Shown one piece after another: positions 1 through 13,682 of a stretch of DNA of 64,000 nucleotides (its first letter is position 1; each line of letters starts with the position of its first letter). The stretch spans positions 62,682,001-62,746,000 of the forward strand of contig JAGIQG010000004.1 in NCBI GenBank assembly GCA_024679065.1, written 5' to 3'. The stretch is from Sphyrna mokarran. Taxonomy: Eukaryota. The position numbers and the translations under genes were made by a program. The notes under the pieces are model-generated. The model was not told the origin of the DNA. It did no database searches and was given only the letters and a program-made list of their open reading frames with translations.

Positions 1-636
1 CAGGGCATTCCACTCCCGAACCACTCTTTGGGTAAAGAAATGGTAGTGATAGCCCCAGCAATTAGTGACTCGTCAGTTTGACGACAATGTTGGCAAGCTT
101 CCAGAAACATTTATTCGCGACAGAAATAGTAGTCACTGGAAAATAAAATGAGTTAAATTGGAAGAGGTACCATGGATTACTACAGTAACAATCCTGTTTA
201 ACCGACTTGCTGCGATGCCTTTATGATGTAACAGAATTAATCCGTTAGAGTAATGTTTTAAAGTGATTTAAGGGGACATGAAAAGGATAACCAAAGATGG
301 GAAATTTCACACAACAAACTTGTGAGAAAATTTAAAGTTCATGAAATAAAAGTGATAGTCTCAAAGCGTTCACAAAACTGGTTAAATAATTGAAAGCATT
401 CCAAGCAGTCCCACACTACAGGAAGGATGTGAACACATTGAGGAGAGCGCTGGTGAATTTTGCGATAATTATTCCAGGAATGGGGAACGACAGTTATGGG
501 GATAGATTTGAGTCATTGAGGGTATTCTCCTTGGAGAAAGGTTGCATAGAGATTTTCAATATCATGTTGGGCTGAACATATTCGATAGGTTGAACTGTCT
601 CCGCTCATAAGGTGATCAAGAACAAGTAGTGAAATA

Positions 637-1752
637 TAGAACATGGAACATTACAGTGCAGTAAAGGCCTTTCCGCCCTCGATTTTTGCGACGGCCAGTG
701 GAACCAATCTAATGACCCTCTAATCTAAAGTGATCCAATGTTATCCATATGCTTATCCACTGACCATTTGAACGCCCTTAAATTTGGCGAGTCCATTACT
801 GCTGCAGGCAGGGGATTCCACGCCCTTACTATCCTCTGAGTAAAGAACCAACCTATGACATCCGTCCTATAACTATCACCCCTTAATTTAAAGCTATGTC
901 CCCTCCTGTTATCCATCACCATCCGAGGAAAAAGGCTTTCACTGTCCACTCTATCTAACCCACTGATCATCTTGTATGCCTCAATTAGGTCACCTCTTAA
1001 CCTTCTTCTCTCTAACGAAAATAATCTCAAGTCCGTTAGCCTTTCCTTATAAGACTTTCCCACAATACCAGGTAACATGCTGGTAAACCTCGTCTGCACC
1101 CTTTCCAATGCCTCCACATCTTTCTTATAATGCGGCGACCAGAACTGTACGCAATTCTCCAAGTGCGGCCGCACCAGAATTTTGTACAGTTCAATATGAC
1201 CTCACGGCTCCGAAATTTAATCCTTCTATCAATAAAAGCTAACATACCGTATGCCTTCTTAACAACGTTACCAACCTGGGTGCCAAGTTTCAGGGAACTA
1301 TGCACATGGACACTGGGACCTCTCTGCTCATCGACATTACTAAGAATCCTTCCATTAGCCCTCTCTTCTGTACACCTGTTACTCTTATTAAAGTGAATCA
1401 CCCTCACACTTTTCTGTATTAAACTCCATTTGCTATCTCTCAGCACAGCTCTGCAGCTTATTTATGTCCCTCTGCAATCTATAACACTGTCTACAAATCC
1501 TCTGACCATGGTGCTGTCAGCAAATTTACTAACCCATCCTTCTGCACCCTCATCTAGGTCATTTATAAAAATGACAAACAGCAGTGGCTCCAAACCAGAT
1601 CCCTGAAGTACACCACTTGTAACTGAACTCCAGGTTGAATATTTCCCATCAACCGCCACCCTCTGTCTTCTATCAATTCCTGTTCCAAACTGCTAAATCA
1701 CCCCCAATCCCATACATCTGCATTTTCTGCAGTAGCCTACCGTGGGAGACCG
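637..1752 (-). mobile_element. CR1 LINE, 5'-truncated, degenerate
   Basis: ORF2 C-terminal motifs ([33 protein letters not shown]) in three frames, plus a TTCTAT-type 3' tail. Confidence 0.9.
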
Positions 1753-1755
1753 TAT

Positions 1756-2505
1756 AGAACAAACAATGAAGAACAAAACAGCATGGGAAACAGGCCCTTC
1801 GGCCTACGAGCCTGCGCCGCCACCCCGATGTTCCTCTACCCGCGATCCCTGTCCATGTTTGTAGATCTATGGGTTAAAAAATAAATTTGAGACAATTTAG
1901 CGAGAATTTGTTTTGTCAATTAGCCTAAGAGCCTAAATCTAAGCCTAATTAGCCTAAATCTTGGGGATGTGGGAGGAAACCGGAGCACCCGGAGAAAGCC
2001 CACGCAAACATGGGGAGAATGTGCAAACTCCCACAGACACAGGCCCAAATCCATGTATCTGCTCAGCACAGCGATAGTCACTGAGTTGTCAAATGGTCCA
2101 GGTCAAGCTTACACTAACGACGTGAAGCACTAGGATGCTCTCGAAAAAAAACCCAAAGGCAGACCTCTCACGACCCATCGTGTGAATACCCCTCGTTAGA
2201 CAACAAGATGGACCAAAGCACCTGTAGGATAAAAAACAAGTACATCAATATCATCATCTATTTACACACTTTCCAGGGACTCCTAAGGCTCATGATCCCT
2301 ATTTTAAATCAGTTTCCTATACCCCTCCATTCCCATTCTATTCATGTGCCCATCTAAGTATTTCTTAAATAACTCCAGAGTACTTGCCTCCACCACTTTA
2401 CTTGGCAGCGCATTCCATACCCCCACCACCCTCTGTGTGAATAAACTCCCTCTAGCATCCAAATTATACCTTACCCCCCTCACCCTAAGCCCGTGACCCC
2501 TCGTG
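1756..2505 (-). mobile_element. Chimeric CR1 3' end + V-SINE element, copy 1
   Basis: V-SINE core (gggaggaaaccggagcacccggag...gtgcaaactcc), linker shared with 44068-45104 and 62791-63381, then CR1 ORF2 end. Confidence 0.8.
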
Positions 2506-3329
2506 CTATTCCCAGAATAGTTTCTACTCCCCTTCTTGAACTAGGGTCAACATTTCCTATCCTCCAGGTTTCTGACACATTGGCCTATAGCCAATGACGA
2601 CATGAAGGTCAAAGCCAATGGCTCTGCAATCTCCTCCCGGGTCTCCCAGAGAATCCTAAGGTAAATATTGAAAGTGATTTTCAATAGAAAGAAATGGATT
2701 AAGAGGAAAAACATTTTCAAACAATCTATATTTCTGTTCTGGAGTGCTTCAGTTGGAATTCTGGTTGAGGCATTTTGATTGTTGCACCTAAAGTGACATT
2801 ACATGACTATTCAGATAGAAACAATATGCATGAATACAGGAAATAGGAAGGGGGATGGAAGTAAACTAGAATTAACTTTTGGAAAGCCCGTGCGGTTATG
2901 GTGAACCAAATTAGCTAATTCTCTGCCATCGAATTGTGGTCGTTGAAAAATATTACATAGGCAAAACAGAAAGAAGTATCATGTAAATCTGGGTATACAT
3001 AAATGTACATTGTTGGTCAAGAGTCATGTCGCTGTCATAGTGTTTTGCAGGAGATAAGGAAGCAAATATAATTAAGCGGTGAGACATTTGTTTTAAGAAC
3101 ATTCAACACAAAGCTCCTATCTAGTTTTTTTTTATTGTAATGCAATTGGAGAAAACATGTGCCTCCGAGTGACACATTTCCTTTTCAAGCACCACAACAA
3201 GGCTTGAGACCAATAATCCAGCCGAGCACAATTATTAAGTGAGCTTTAGGCTGTCAGATGCTTCAACTTCAAGGTTGTATGCGACATCTCTTAAACAAAT
3301 GCCTAATCTTATCCAAGGTTTTAGGGGAG

Positions 3330-5360
3330 ATTGTGTTCTATTAACTTGATTGAACTTTTTGGGAATGTGATGAAGATAATTGATGATGGCAGGGAAGTGA
3401 ATGTTGTTTACATGAACTTTAGCAAGGCCTTTGACAAGGTTACTAAAGTCAGCCTAATGCAGATGGCGTAATTAAGTTGGATCCATAATGAGCTAGTGAG
3501 ATGAATACAGAGCTGGCTTGGTAATAGAAGGCAAAGAGTAGCAGTGGAAGGCTTCTTTTTTCAGGCTGGTGGTCTGTGATCAGCGGTGTTCCATGTATAT
3601 CAGTGATGGGACCCCTATTGATGTGCATTGTTTGTGTTTGCTGCAAGATGTAGAAAGATTGGACACTTAAAATCATAGCGTTAGAGAGGTTTACAGCATG
3701 GAAATAGGCCCTTCGGCCCAACTTGTCGATGCTGCCCTTTTCTTTTAAACCCCTAGGCTAATTTCATTTACCTCAATGTGGCCCATATCCCTCTATATCT
3801 ATCGTACACTTGTAGCTATCTAAATGCTTTATAAAAGATAAAATCGTATCCACCTCTACTACTTCCTCCAGCAGCTTGTTCTAGACACTCACCACCCTCT
3901 GTGTGACAAAAAATGCTCCTCTGGACACTTTTGTATCTCTTCCCTCTCACCTTAAATTTATGCCCTATAATTTTAGACTCCCCTATCTTTTGGAAATGAC
4001 ATTGACTATCTAGCTGATCTGTGCCCCTCATTATTTTATAGACATCTATAAGATCACTTGGGCCGAGAAATAACAGATGCAATGGAATCTAGACAAATAC
4101 CAGGAGATATTTTTGTAAGACTGAGTCCTGACAAACTTATTCACTTGTTTTTGATACTTCCATGGAACTGTGGCCATGATCTCTCTGTACGTAATGCTTC
4201 TAAGGGCATGCCTCTCTTCTGCATGGAGGTTTAATGCAGAAGAGACATGTCTTTAGAAGCATTAACGTACAGAGAGATCCAGACATAGAGGTCTACAGTT
4301 CTAGGTAAGTATCAATACAAGTGAATAAGATTGTCAGGATGCATATGGCGTCTTAGGTTCCATCAGTCATACAATCACACGATCACTTAGTGCAATGAGG
4401 CCATCGAGTCTCCACCGAATCTCAGACAGAGACCGTTACCCATTTCTTTTTCCTCACCCCATGCTGGTAGCCACACACATTTCGCGTGGCTAAACTATCA
4501 ACACTAAATACCTTGGGACAAAAAGGTGCAATTTTGAACAGTCAGTTCAAATATCCGGTACATTTTTGTGTTGCAGAAGGAACCAAAGCACCCAGAACAA
4601 ACCCTCGCAGACATGGGGAAAATATACAAATGCCATACGGACAGACATCCAAGGTACCGAATCAGAGTTTCTGGCGTTGTGAGGTAGCAGTTTTCACCAT
4701 TGTGCCACCTTGTCGACTGAGGGCAAAGAGTATGAAAATTGTCAAGCCATGTTGCAGCTCAAAAAAAAAACTTGAGTTACATAACATTTGTAATATTGCC
4801 TACAATTGTGAACAACACACAACCAGGAGGGTGTGGAGAATTTGAAGAGAGTACAAAACTGTGAATTAGAATGTGGCCGATTTTGAAGAGTAATAGCCAT
4901 AATAATATATCGGATAAACATGGTCTGTATTCACTGTATTCACTTAGAACGCTGGCGAGTGAGGGGCGACATGATGGGAGTTACAAAGCTGGAAGAGGTC
5001 CGAATGAGGAGACTTCTTTCCCAGTCTCGAAATGTTTAAAGTTCAAAGTCCATTTTTTGTCAGTTACTAGCACACGGAGGTTAAGGAAAGAAGGCGAAAG
5101 TTTAGAAGGGATGTTCGAGGTAGTTTTCTTTTTATACCGAGAGTGGTAAGTGCCAAGAATGCACTGCCAGCGGAAGTGGTAAATGCAGAGACGATACTAA
5201 CAATTAAGAGTAATCTTGACAGCTGCATGAGTTCGTAGGATAGACAGAAATACAGACCGTATAGAGCCAACATTTCTCAACATTGAAAGGCATCATGTGT
5301 CGGCCAGGCTTTGCGGATCGAAGGGCTTGTTCTTGTGCTTAACTATTTGTTCTTTGCTGG
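3330..5360. mobile_element. Cluster of old CR1 fragments (+), a CR1 3' end (-; ~3675-4060) and a degenerate V-SINE (-; ~4370-4720)
   Basis: RT-like remnants (atgaactttagcaaggcctttgacaagg), [11 protein letters not shown] motif, V-domain-like aagcacccagaacaaaccctcgcagacatgggg. Confidence 0.7.
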
Positions 5361-6009
5361 TAGTCCAAAACACCAATTTGAAGATCAGGAGAGTTACTTC
5401 TGGTATCCTTCATACCAGTTGTGTTTCAATCATTTTCGCAAATACACGCACGCACAAACATGTACATACATGCACTCAAAAATGCACATATATAAATGTG
5501 TTTAATGTTTGAATTATGTTATTATGTGTGGCATCACTTGCGTAACGCGTTGGCTGCTGCGTTTCCAAACTGTCAAGAGTGGCAACCATTCAAATGAATG
5601 CGTCAATTATTGAAAAAAAAACATTTCGCGACGTCAAATGATGAAATGTATTAGCTCTGTCGATGGCGAGTCTGTGTGAGTAGACGTGAGAAAAAATAAG
5701 CGGCAAAAACATTCAGTAGAGTTGTAGAGCTGATGTTCCGCATGGCATTTAATAGAAAATTAAAGCCGCACGTGATAAAGGAAAACTGCAAATCAAGGTG
5801 ACTTTAATTTCTATAAAATCAGATTAGTCGAAAAGACATTTAAAAAAAGCAATTCCTGGAATGTATACAGAGTGATTTTCCGGACTGAACAATCTTATTG
5901 CATAGTTATAAAACAGCATGTTTTGTGTTACCTGTTTATTGGATTTGGGCACCTCCGGTTGAACCAGCATTGAGTGACAATCGCTGAGGGAAATCAAAAA
6001 TGAACTACT

Positions 6010-6250
6010 TTTCCCTGAATCTGGAGTCACATGTAAGTCAACGCAGGGAATGGTGTCAGATTTCCTTCTTTAAAGGACATTAGTGAATCAGATACATTTT
6101 TTCTGGTTTAATTTTTGGTAATTAAACGTTTTAACCCCAATTTTTTACTGAATTTAAATATGCCATGGTGAGATTTGAACACCGGTCCCCCCAGAACGTT
6201 ATCCAAGGTGCCGCGATTAACATTCCAGTGCAGCACCACTACCTTACAGC
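6010..6250 (-). mobile_element. Degenerate tRNA-derived SINE (related copy ~13725-13935)
   Basis: Shared cacatgtaa...aaggacatt...gccatggtgagatttgaac / ccgtggtgggattcgaacc (B-box-like) segments. Confidence 0.55.
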
Positions 6251-6315
6251 ATCTCAAATGTTTCGTAATCTAATGGTGCGAGATGAGCGGCCATCAAATG
6301 AGAGAATGCTTCATT

Positions 6316-8392
6316 AGAACATAGAACATAACACGTAGAACATTACAGCACAGAACAGGCCCTTCGGCCTTCGATGTTGCGCCGACCAATATAAAAAGCA
6401 ATGCCCCTCCAAACTAAACCATACCCTTCTCTTCCATATACTTATCAACTAACCTCTTAAAAGCCACCAAACTTGGCGCATCTACAACTGCCGCAGGCAG
6501 GGCATTCCACTCCCGAACCACCCTTTGGGTAAAGAATCTACGTCTAACATCCACCCTATAACTATCACCCCTTAATTTAAAGCTGTGTCCCCTGGTGCTA
6601 GCTTTCTCCATCCTAGGAAAAAGGCTATCACTGTCCACCCTATCTAAACCTCTAATCATCTTATATGTTTCGATAAGGTCCCCTCTTAGCCGCTTCCTTT
6701 CGAATGAAAATGACCTCAAATCCCTCAGCCTCTCTTCATAAGACCTGCCTTCCATAACAAGGAAAAATCCTGGTAAACGTCCTCTGTACCCTCTCCAATG
6801 TCTCCACGTCTTTCTTATAATGTGGGGACGAGAACTGTACACAATACTCCAAGTGCGGCCGCAATAGAGTTTTGTACAGTTGCAACATGACGTTGCGGCT
6901 CCGAAATTCAATCCCCCTACCAATAAAAGCTAAGACTCCATATGCCTTCTTAACAACCTTATCGACTTGACTGCCTACTTTCAGGGATCTATGGACACAT
7001 ACACCAAGATCCCTCTGTTCATCAACACTATTAAGAATCCTACCATTAGCCCTATACTCTACACATTTATTATTCCTGCCAAAGTGCATTACCTCACACT
7101 TTTCCACATTAAACTCCATTTGCCACCTCTCGGCCCAGCTCTGCAACTTGTCCAAGTCACTCTGCAAACTATAACACCCCTCTTCACTATCTACCACTCC
7201 ACCGACTTTAGTGTCATCTGCAAATTTACTAATCCATCCTTCAATACCCTCATCCAGATCATTTATAAAAATTACAAACAGCAGGGGCCCCAAAACAGAC
7301 CCCTGAGGTACACCACTTGTCACCGAACTCCAAGATGAATATCTCCCATCAACCACCACCCTCTGTCTTCTATCTGCTAGCCAATTCCTAACCCAATTAG
7401 CTAAATCACCCTCTATCCCATACATCTGCATTTTCTGCAGAAGTCTTCCATGGGCCACCTTATCAAACGCCTTACTAAAGTCCATATATACCACATCAAC
7501 CGCCTTACCCCCATCCACCTCTTTAGTCACTTTTTCAAAAAACTCAATGAGGTTAGTAAGGCACGACCTACCCTTCACAAAACCATGCTGACTATCCCCA
7601 ATCAATTCATTTCTCTCTAAATAACTATAAATCCTATCACTAATAATTCTCTCCAATACTTTGCCCACAACAGAAGTAAGACTCACTGGCCTATAATTCC
7701 CTGGAAGGTCTCTCTTCCCCTTCTTGAACAATGGGACCACATTCGCTATCCTCCAGTCCTCCGGAACCACACCTGTAACCAACGACGACCTGAAGATCAG
7801 AGCCAGAGGCTCTGCAATCTCCTCTCTTGCCTCCCAGAGAATCCTAGGGTAAATCCCGTCCGGCCCAGGGGACTTATCCAACTTCAAACCCTCGAGAATA
7901 TCTAGCACATCCTCCCTATCTACTTCGATACTTTCCAGTTTGCAACCCTGTATCTCAGTGTTCTCCATAACTACATTTACATCACCCTGCGTGAATACCG
8001 AAGAGAAATATTTATTCAGTGCCTCTCCAATCTCTTCAGGCTCCACGCACAACTTCCCACTGCTGTCTATGACTGGCCCTAATCTTGCCCTAACCAATCT
8101 TCTATTCTTAACATATCTAAAGAAAGCTTTAGGATTCTCCTTAATCCTATCAGCCAAAGTCTTCTCGTGTCCTCTCTTAGCTCTCCTCAGTTCACTCTTT
8201 AGCTCCCTCCTGGCTAATCTATAGCTATCCATTGCACTAACTGAGCCTTCAAGCCTCATCCTGACATAAGCATCCTTTTTCCTTTTAACCAGCGAATCAA
8301 CTTTTTTCGTACACCAAGGTTCCCTTACTCGACCATTTCCTCCTTGCCTGACAGGGACACTCGACCATTTCCTCCTTGCCTGTCAGGGACAT
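6316..8392 (-). mobile_element. Young CR1 LINE, 5'-truncated (RT domain, one frameshift)
   Basis: 507-aa ORF with [38 protein letters not shown]; (TTCTATG)n tail at 6316. Confidence 0.97.
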
Positions 8393-9940
8393 TAAGACGG
8401 ACAATGATGTTGGACAATGAACATTTTTTTTATTCATTGCAGAAACTACGTTGGCATATAGCATGTGTTGACTATGATGGTTTAGACAACGTTATTGAAA
8501 GAAATGATGATGATTGAGCAATGATTAACATTCAAACACCACATGCCACAAAAGTTGTTCATTCTTGTCTACTGCAAGTATACAACCGGAAATATAGCTA
8601 AACCATGGCTTAGAGGGAAGATTGGGAATAGAAACAGATCCATGGAAGGAGCAGACAAATGCAGAGACGTGTGGGATAATGTAAGTTTGTAGGAACAACA
8701 TAGAGCAACTAAATGCAATAAGGAGTGAACATATTAACGGAGTATAATACCAGAGAGCTCTGGCTGTATATAGGCATAGTTCATTAGAGATGGCCGTACA
8801 GGTGGAGTGAGCAATTGAAGAGCATGTTATTCTGGGAATGGAGCACTAAAGCAACGACGTTATGCTGAATAACAGTTATACCTCAGCTACGATATTTGCA
8901 CACAATTCTGTATGGTGCACTACAGAGCGATGTAGCAGAGGATTGCAAAAGTGGTTCTAGGTATGCGAATTGTCAGTTGAGAGGATAGATTGAAGTGCTT
9001 AAGAGTTTTCTTCTTGAAGATCAAAGCGCTAGGAGAGGTTTTGAAATTAACTTATATGATATGGGCGCCACTGTCTAGGCTTGCATTTGTTGTTCCTTCT
9101 CATTTGCAATAGACAAAGTGGTGAGCTGCATTCTTGAACAGCTGAAGTACACGTGATGAAGGTACACAACAATGTTGTTGCGGAGAGAGTTTCAGGATTT
9201 TGACCCAGGTTCACTGAAAGGAGCTGAAATATATTTTCAAGTCAGGATGGTGACTGACTTAGCGTAAGACATTCAGGTGGTGGCATCTGTTTGCATTGTG
9301 CACCTCAAATATAGCAAGTGGCTACTAATTGGGATAGGAGGTACAGCCAAAAGAATATTGGTGTGTTATTGCAGTCCACCAGATGGATGGTACATTGAAC
9401 CATAGAAAATTGCAGCTCAGAAAGAGGCCCTCTGGCCCTTCTTGTCTGCACTGAACCATTTTTTGCCTAGTCCCACTGACCTGCACTTGGACCATATCCC
9501 TCCACACCTTTCTCATCCATGAACCTGTCCACGTTTTTCTTAAATGTTAAAAGTGACCCTGCATTTACCGCTTTATCCAGCAGCTCATTCCACACTCACA
9601 CCACTCTCTGCGTGAAGACCTCCCGCCAATATTCCCTTTAACCTTTTCTCTCACACTTAACACATGCCTTATTTTTTTTCTCTCTCTCCTCGCCTCAGTA
9701 GAAAAAGCCTGCTTGCATTCATCCTATCTATACCCATCAAAATCTTACACACTTCTGTCAAATCTTCCCTCATTGTTCTACCCTCCAGGAAATAAAATCC
9801 TAACCTATTCAATCTCTTTCTGTAACTCAGCTTCTCAAGTCCCGGCAACATCCTTGTGAACCTTCTCTGCACTCTTTCAACCTTATTTACATCCTTCCTG
9901 GAACTAGCTGACCAAAACTGTACACAATACTCTAAATTGT

Positions 9941-10779
9941 GACTACTGAGTGGTCTATAACACAACTCCACTAATGTGGTCATACCATTCTTGTTTTATG
10001 TTTGTCATTGTTGATAGCGGAAGTGAATTTTGAAGTTACTGATGGATACCGTGTCAGTCAAATTTGGGATCTGGAAGCCGTTGAATATTGTCTGTTGGAT
10101 CTGCAGTCATGAGCACACGTGGTGAATATAGTATTGTAGGTAAATAGTACCTCAGACTATTGTTGAGTCAAAATACAGTCGTTTTTATTTCAAACCTCCA
10201 GGGCTTATTCCAGAGCTTTGGAAGATGTAGGACTGCAGACTTCTCATAGAACAAAAATACAAGTGGGTATTTGTACATTATGAGCTCCAGCAAGAATCAC
10301 GGTTCAAAGTTCCAATTCTGCCAGATCTCCAGTTCTTTCTTCCTGGGTCGTGATGCAGCCCCAGAGTTAATCAGGAATTACAGGCCTGCAGTCGGGACGC
10401 AGGAAAAGCCGTCTGCAGCAGTACCGGCATTCCTGTCTTTGAAATTACTTGTGCGATCGTGGCTGTCCCAGCAGGACTCTTCCTGTTCAAAGCGGGTATG
10501 GCAATCTGCCATCAACAGCTGTTAAAAAATCGGTATCGTAAACTACCATCAGTGTAACAATGTCCAACTAATATAAACAGGTAAAATTTGCAAAGTCTAC
10601 AAAATAACAGCCACATTTAACTATTTGCTGTTATAAAAACGAGAGTTAAAACATGTTAAACATGAACAAATAATTTATATTAACACCAGGAGCAGTATGA
10701 GCTAAAGAAGATCAGTCATGATGTAGGGTTATGTTTGTTTCATATTGTAAGTACAACATCCATTAACCTTTTCCCTACT
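9941..10779 (+). repeat. ~840-bp direct duplicate of 12843-13682
   Basis: Base-by-base match at an offset of ~2903; about 16 differences counted by eye. Confidence 0.97.
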
Positions 10780-10903
10780 ACATGGGATCCAATGGGATTG
10801 GGGGTTATAGATAGGTCTATGGCTGGGTAGGTTTTGATGTGTTCGGCACAACTTGTGGGCCGAAGGGCCTGTTTGTGCTGTAGTGTTCTATGTTCTATGT
10901 TCT
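10780..10903 (+). mobile_element. Short CR1 3' end with (TTCTATG)n tail
   Basis: gggccgaagggcctgtttgtgctgtagtgttctatgttctatgttcta. Confidence 0.9.
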
Positions 10904-12842
10904 ATTTGACCTCACCAATGCCTTATATAAACTTACCATAACATTCAACTTTTATACTCAGTACTCCGATTTATAAAGACCAATATACCAAAAGCACTCT
11001 TGATGACCGTATCCACATGTGACGTCACTTTCAGTGAATTCTGTACCTGTATTCCCAGATCCCTCTGTCAACTGCACTCTTCAGAGTCCTACCATTTGTC
11101 CTGCACGTTCTATTTTGGTTTATCCTTCCAAAGTGCAATACCTCACATTTGTCTGCGTTAAATTCCATTTACCATTTTTCAGCCCATTTTTCTAATTGGT
11201 CGAAGTCCCTCTGCAAGTTTGAAAAACTTCCACATATCCACTATACCTCCACTCTTTGTATCAGCGGCAAATTCGCTGCTCCAATTTGATCATTGATATA
11301 GATGGCAAACAGCAATGTACCCAACGCTGATTCCTGTGATAGTCCACTAGTCACAGGCTTCACTCGGGGAAGCAATCCTCCACAACCACTCTCTGACTTC
11401 TTCCATTCAGTCAGTGTCTAATCCAATTTACAACCTTCCCATCTATACCTAGCGACTGAACCTTCCTAACTCACCTCCCATGTGGGACCTTGTCAAAGAA
11501 CTTGCTGAAATCCAGGTAGACAACATCCACCGCCTTCCCTTCATCCACTTTCCTGGTGACCTCCTCGAAAAACTTTAACAGATTGGTCAAACATGTCCTA
11601 CCCATGCATAAAGCCATGTGGACTCACCCTAATAAGTCCCTGTCTATCCAAATATTTGTAGATCCTATCCCTTATCATAACTTCCAATAACATGTCCATC
11701 ACCAATGTCAAACTTACTGGCCTATAATTTCCCAGATTTCTTTTGGAGCCTTTATTAAACAAGGGAACAAAATGAGCCACCCCCGAATCATGTGGCACCT
11801 CCCCCATGAATATTGATATTTTAAATATGTCTGCAGGGCACCTGCAAGTTCAACACTAGCCTCCCTCAAGGTTCGTGGGAGTATCCTATCCGGCCCTTAT
11901 TTATCCACTCTGATTTGCCTCAAGACATCTAGCACCTCCTCTTTAATCTGTAAAGGTTCCATGACCTATCTACGTGTTTGCCCTATTTTCGAAGACTCCA
12001 TGTCTGTTTCCTCAGTAAATAAGATGCAAAAAAAACATTTAGTATCTCCCCCATCTCTTTTGGTTCCATACATAGTCTACCACTCTGGTCTTCAAGAGGA
12101 CCAAATTTATCCCTCACTATCCTTTTGCTCCTAACATACTTACAGAAGCTCTTTCGATTTTTCTTCACTCTGTCTGCCAAAACAACCTCATGCTTTCTTT
12201 CAGCCCTCCTCATTTCCCGCTTAAGTAGCTTTTTGCAATGTTATGCTCCTCGAGCATCTGACCTGTTCCCTGCTGTCTATACATTTCATACAAATCTCTC
12301 TTCCTCTTAATCAGTGTTACAATTTCCCTTGACAATCAAGGTTCTTTATCCCTATTTATTTTGCCTTTAATTCTGACATGAACATACAAACTCCCACTTT
12401 CCATTTACATCCTTACCAAAGAGCAGCCTGTGCCAATCCACACTTCCCAGATCTTTTCTCATTTCATCATATTTGGCCTTTTTTTTCCAGTTCAGAACTT
12501 CAACCCGAGGACCAGATCTATCCTTCTCCATGATCAGGTTGAAACTAATGTCATTATGATCACTGGTTCCAACGTGTTCCCTCACACTCACATCCATCAT
12601 CACCTGCCCTAACTCATTTCCCAAAAGGAGACCCAGTATTTCACCCTCTCTAGTTGGCACCTCTAGATACTGATGTAGAAAATTTTCCTGAACCCATTTA
12701 ACAAAATCTGCCCTGTCTAGACCTTTAATAGTACGCGAATCCCAATCCATATGTGGAAAATTAAAATCCCCTACTCTCACAACTTTCTGCTTCTTGCAGT
12801 TGTCAGCTATCTCTCTGCTGATTTGCTCCTCCAAATCTCGCT

Positions 12843-13682
12843 GACTATTGAGTGGTCTATAACACAACTCCACTAATGTGGTCATACCATTCTTGTTTTA
12901 TGCTTGTCATTGTTGATAGCGGAAGTGAATTTTGAAGTTACTGATGGATACCGTGTCAGTCAAATTTGGGATCTGGAAGCCGTTGAATATTGTCTGTTGG
13001 ATCTGCAGTCATGAGCACACGTGGTGAATATAGTATTGTAGGTAAAATAATACCTCAGACTATTGTTGAGTCAAAATACAGTCGTTTTTATTTCAAAACT
13101 CCAGAGCTTATTCCAGAGCTCCGGACGATGTAGGTCTACAGACTTCTCATAGAACACAAATACAAGTGGGTATTTGTACATTATGAGCTCCAGCAAGAAT
13201 CACGGTTCAAAGTTCCAATTCTGCCAGATCTCCAGTTCTTTCTTCCTGGGTCGTGATGCAGCCCCAGAGTTAATCAGGAATTACAGGCCTGCAGTCGGGA
13301 CGCAGGAAAAGCCGTCTGCAGCAGTACCGGCATTCCTGTCTTTGAAATTACTTGTGCGATCGTGGCTGTCCCAGCAGGACTCTTCCTGTTCAAAGCGGGT
13401 ATGGCAATCTGCCATCAACAGCTGTTAAAAAATCGGTATCGTAAACTACCATCAGTGTAACAATGTCCAACTAATATAAACAGGTAAAATTTGCAAAGTC
13501 TACAAAATAACAGCCACATTTAACTATTTGCTGTTATAAAAACGAGAGTTAAAACATGTTAAACATGAACAAATAATTTATATTAACACCAGGAGCAGTA
13601 TGAGCTAAAGAAGATCAGTCACGATGTAGGGTTATGTTTGTGTCATATTGTAAGTACAAAATCCACTAACCTTTTCCCTACT
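12843..13682 (+). repeat. Source copy of the ~840-bp duplication
   Basis: Contiguous with the CR1 5' end and with the flank beyond 13682. Confidence 0.95.

Larger units (their letters stand above)
9397..12890 (-). mobile_element. Older CR1 LINE split into 9397-9940 and 10904-12890 by an insertion
   Basis: The motif LYKALVRS(N)|(N)LEYCVQFW is contiguous across the 9940/10904 break; endonuclease remnants (GDFNFP, SDHN) at 12367-12885. Confidence 0.85.

Noticed and set aside
6967-8224. Recurrent ORFs such as MTAYFQGS... and MQPC... (also at 23089, 24063, 50556, 51441)
   Set aside because: Antisense shadow frames of CR1 ORF2, recurring only because the element is repeated.
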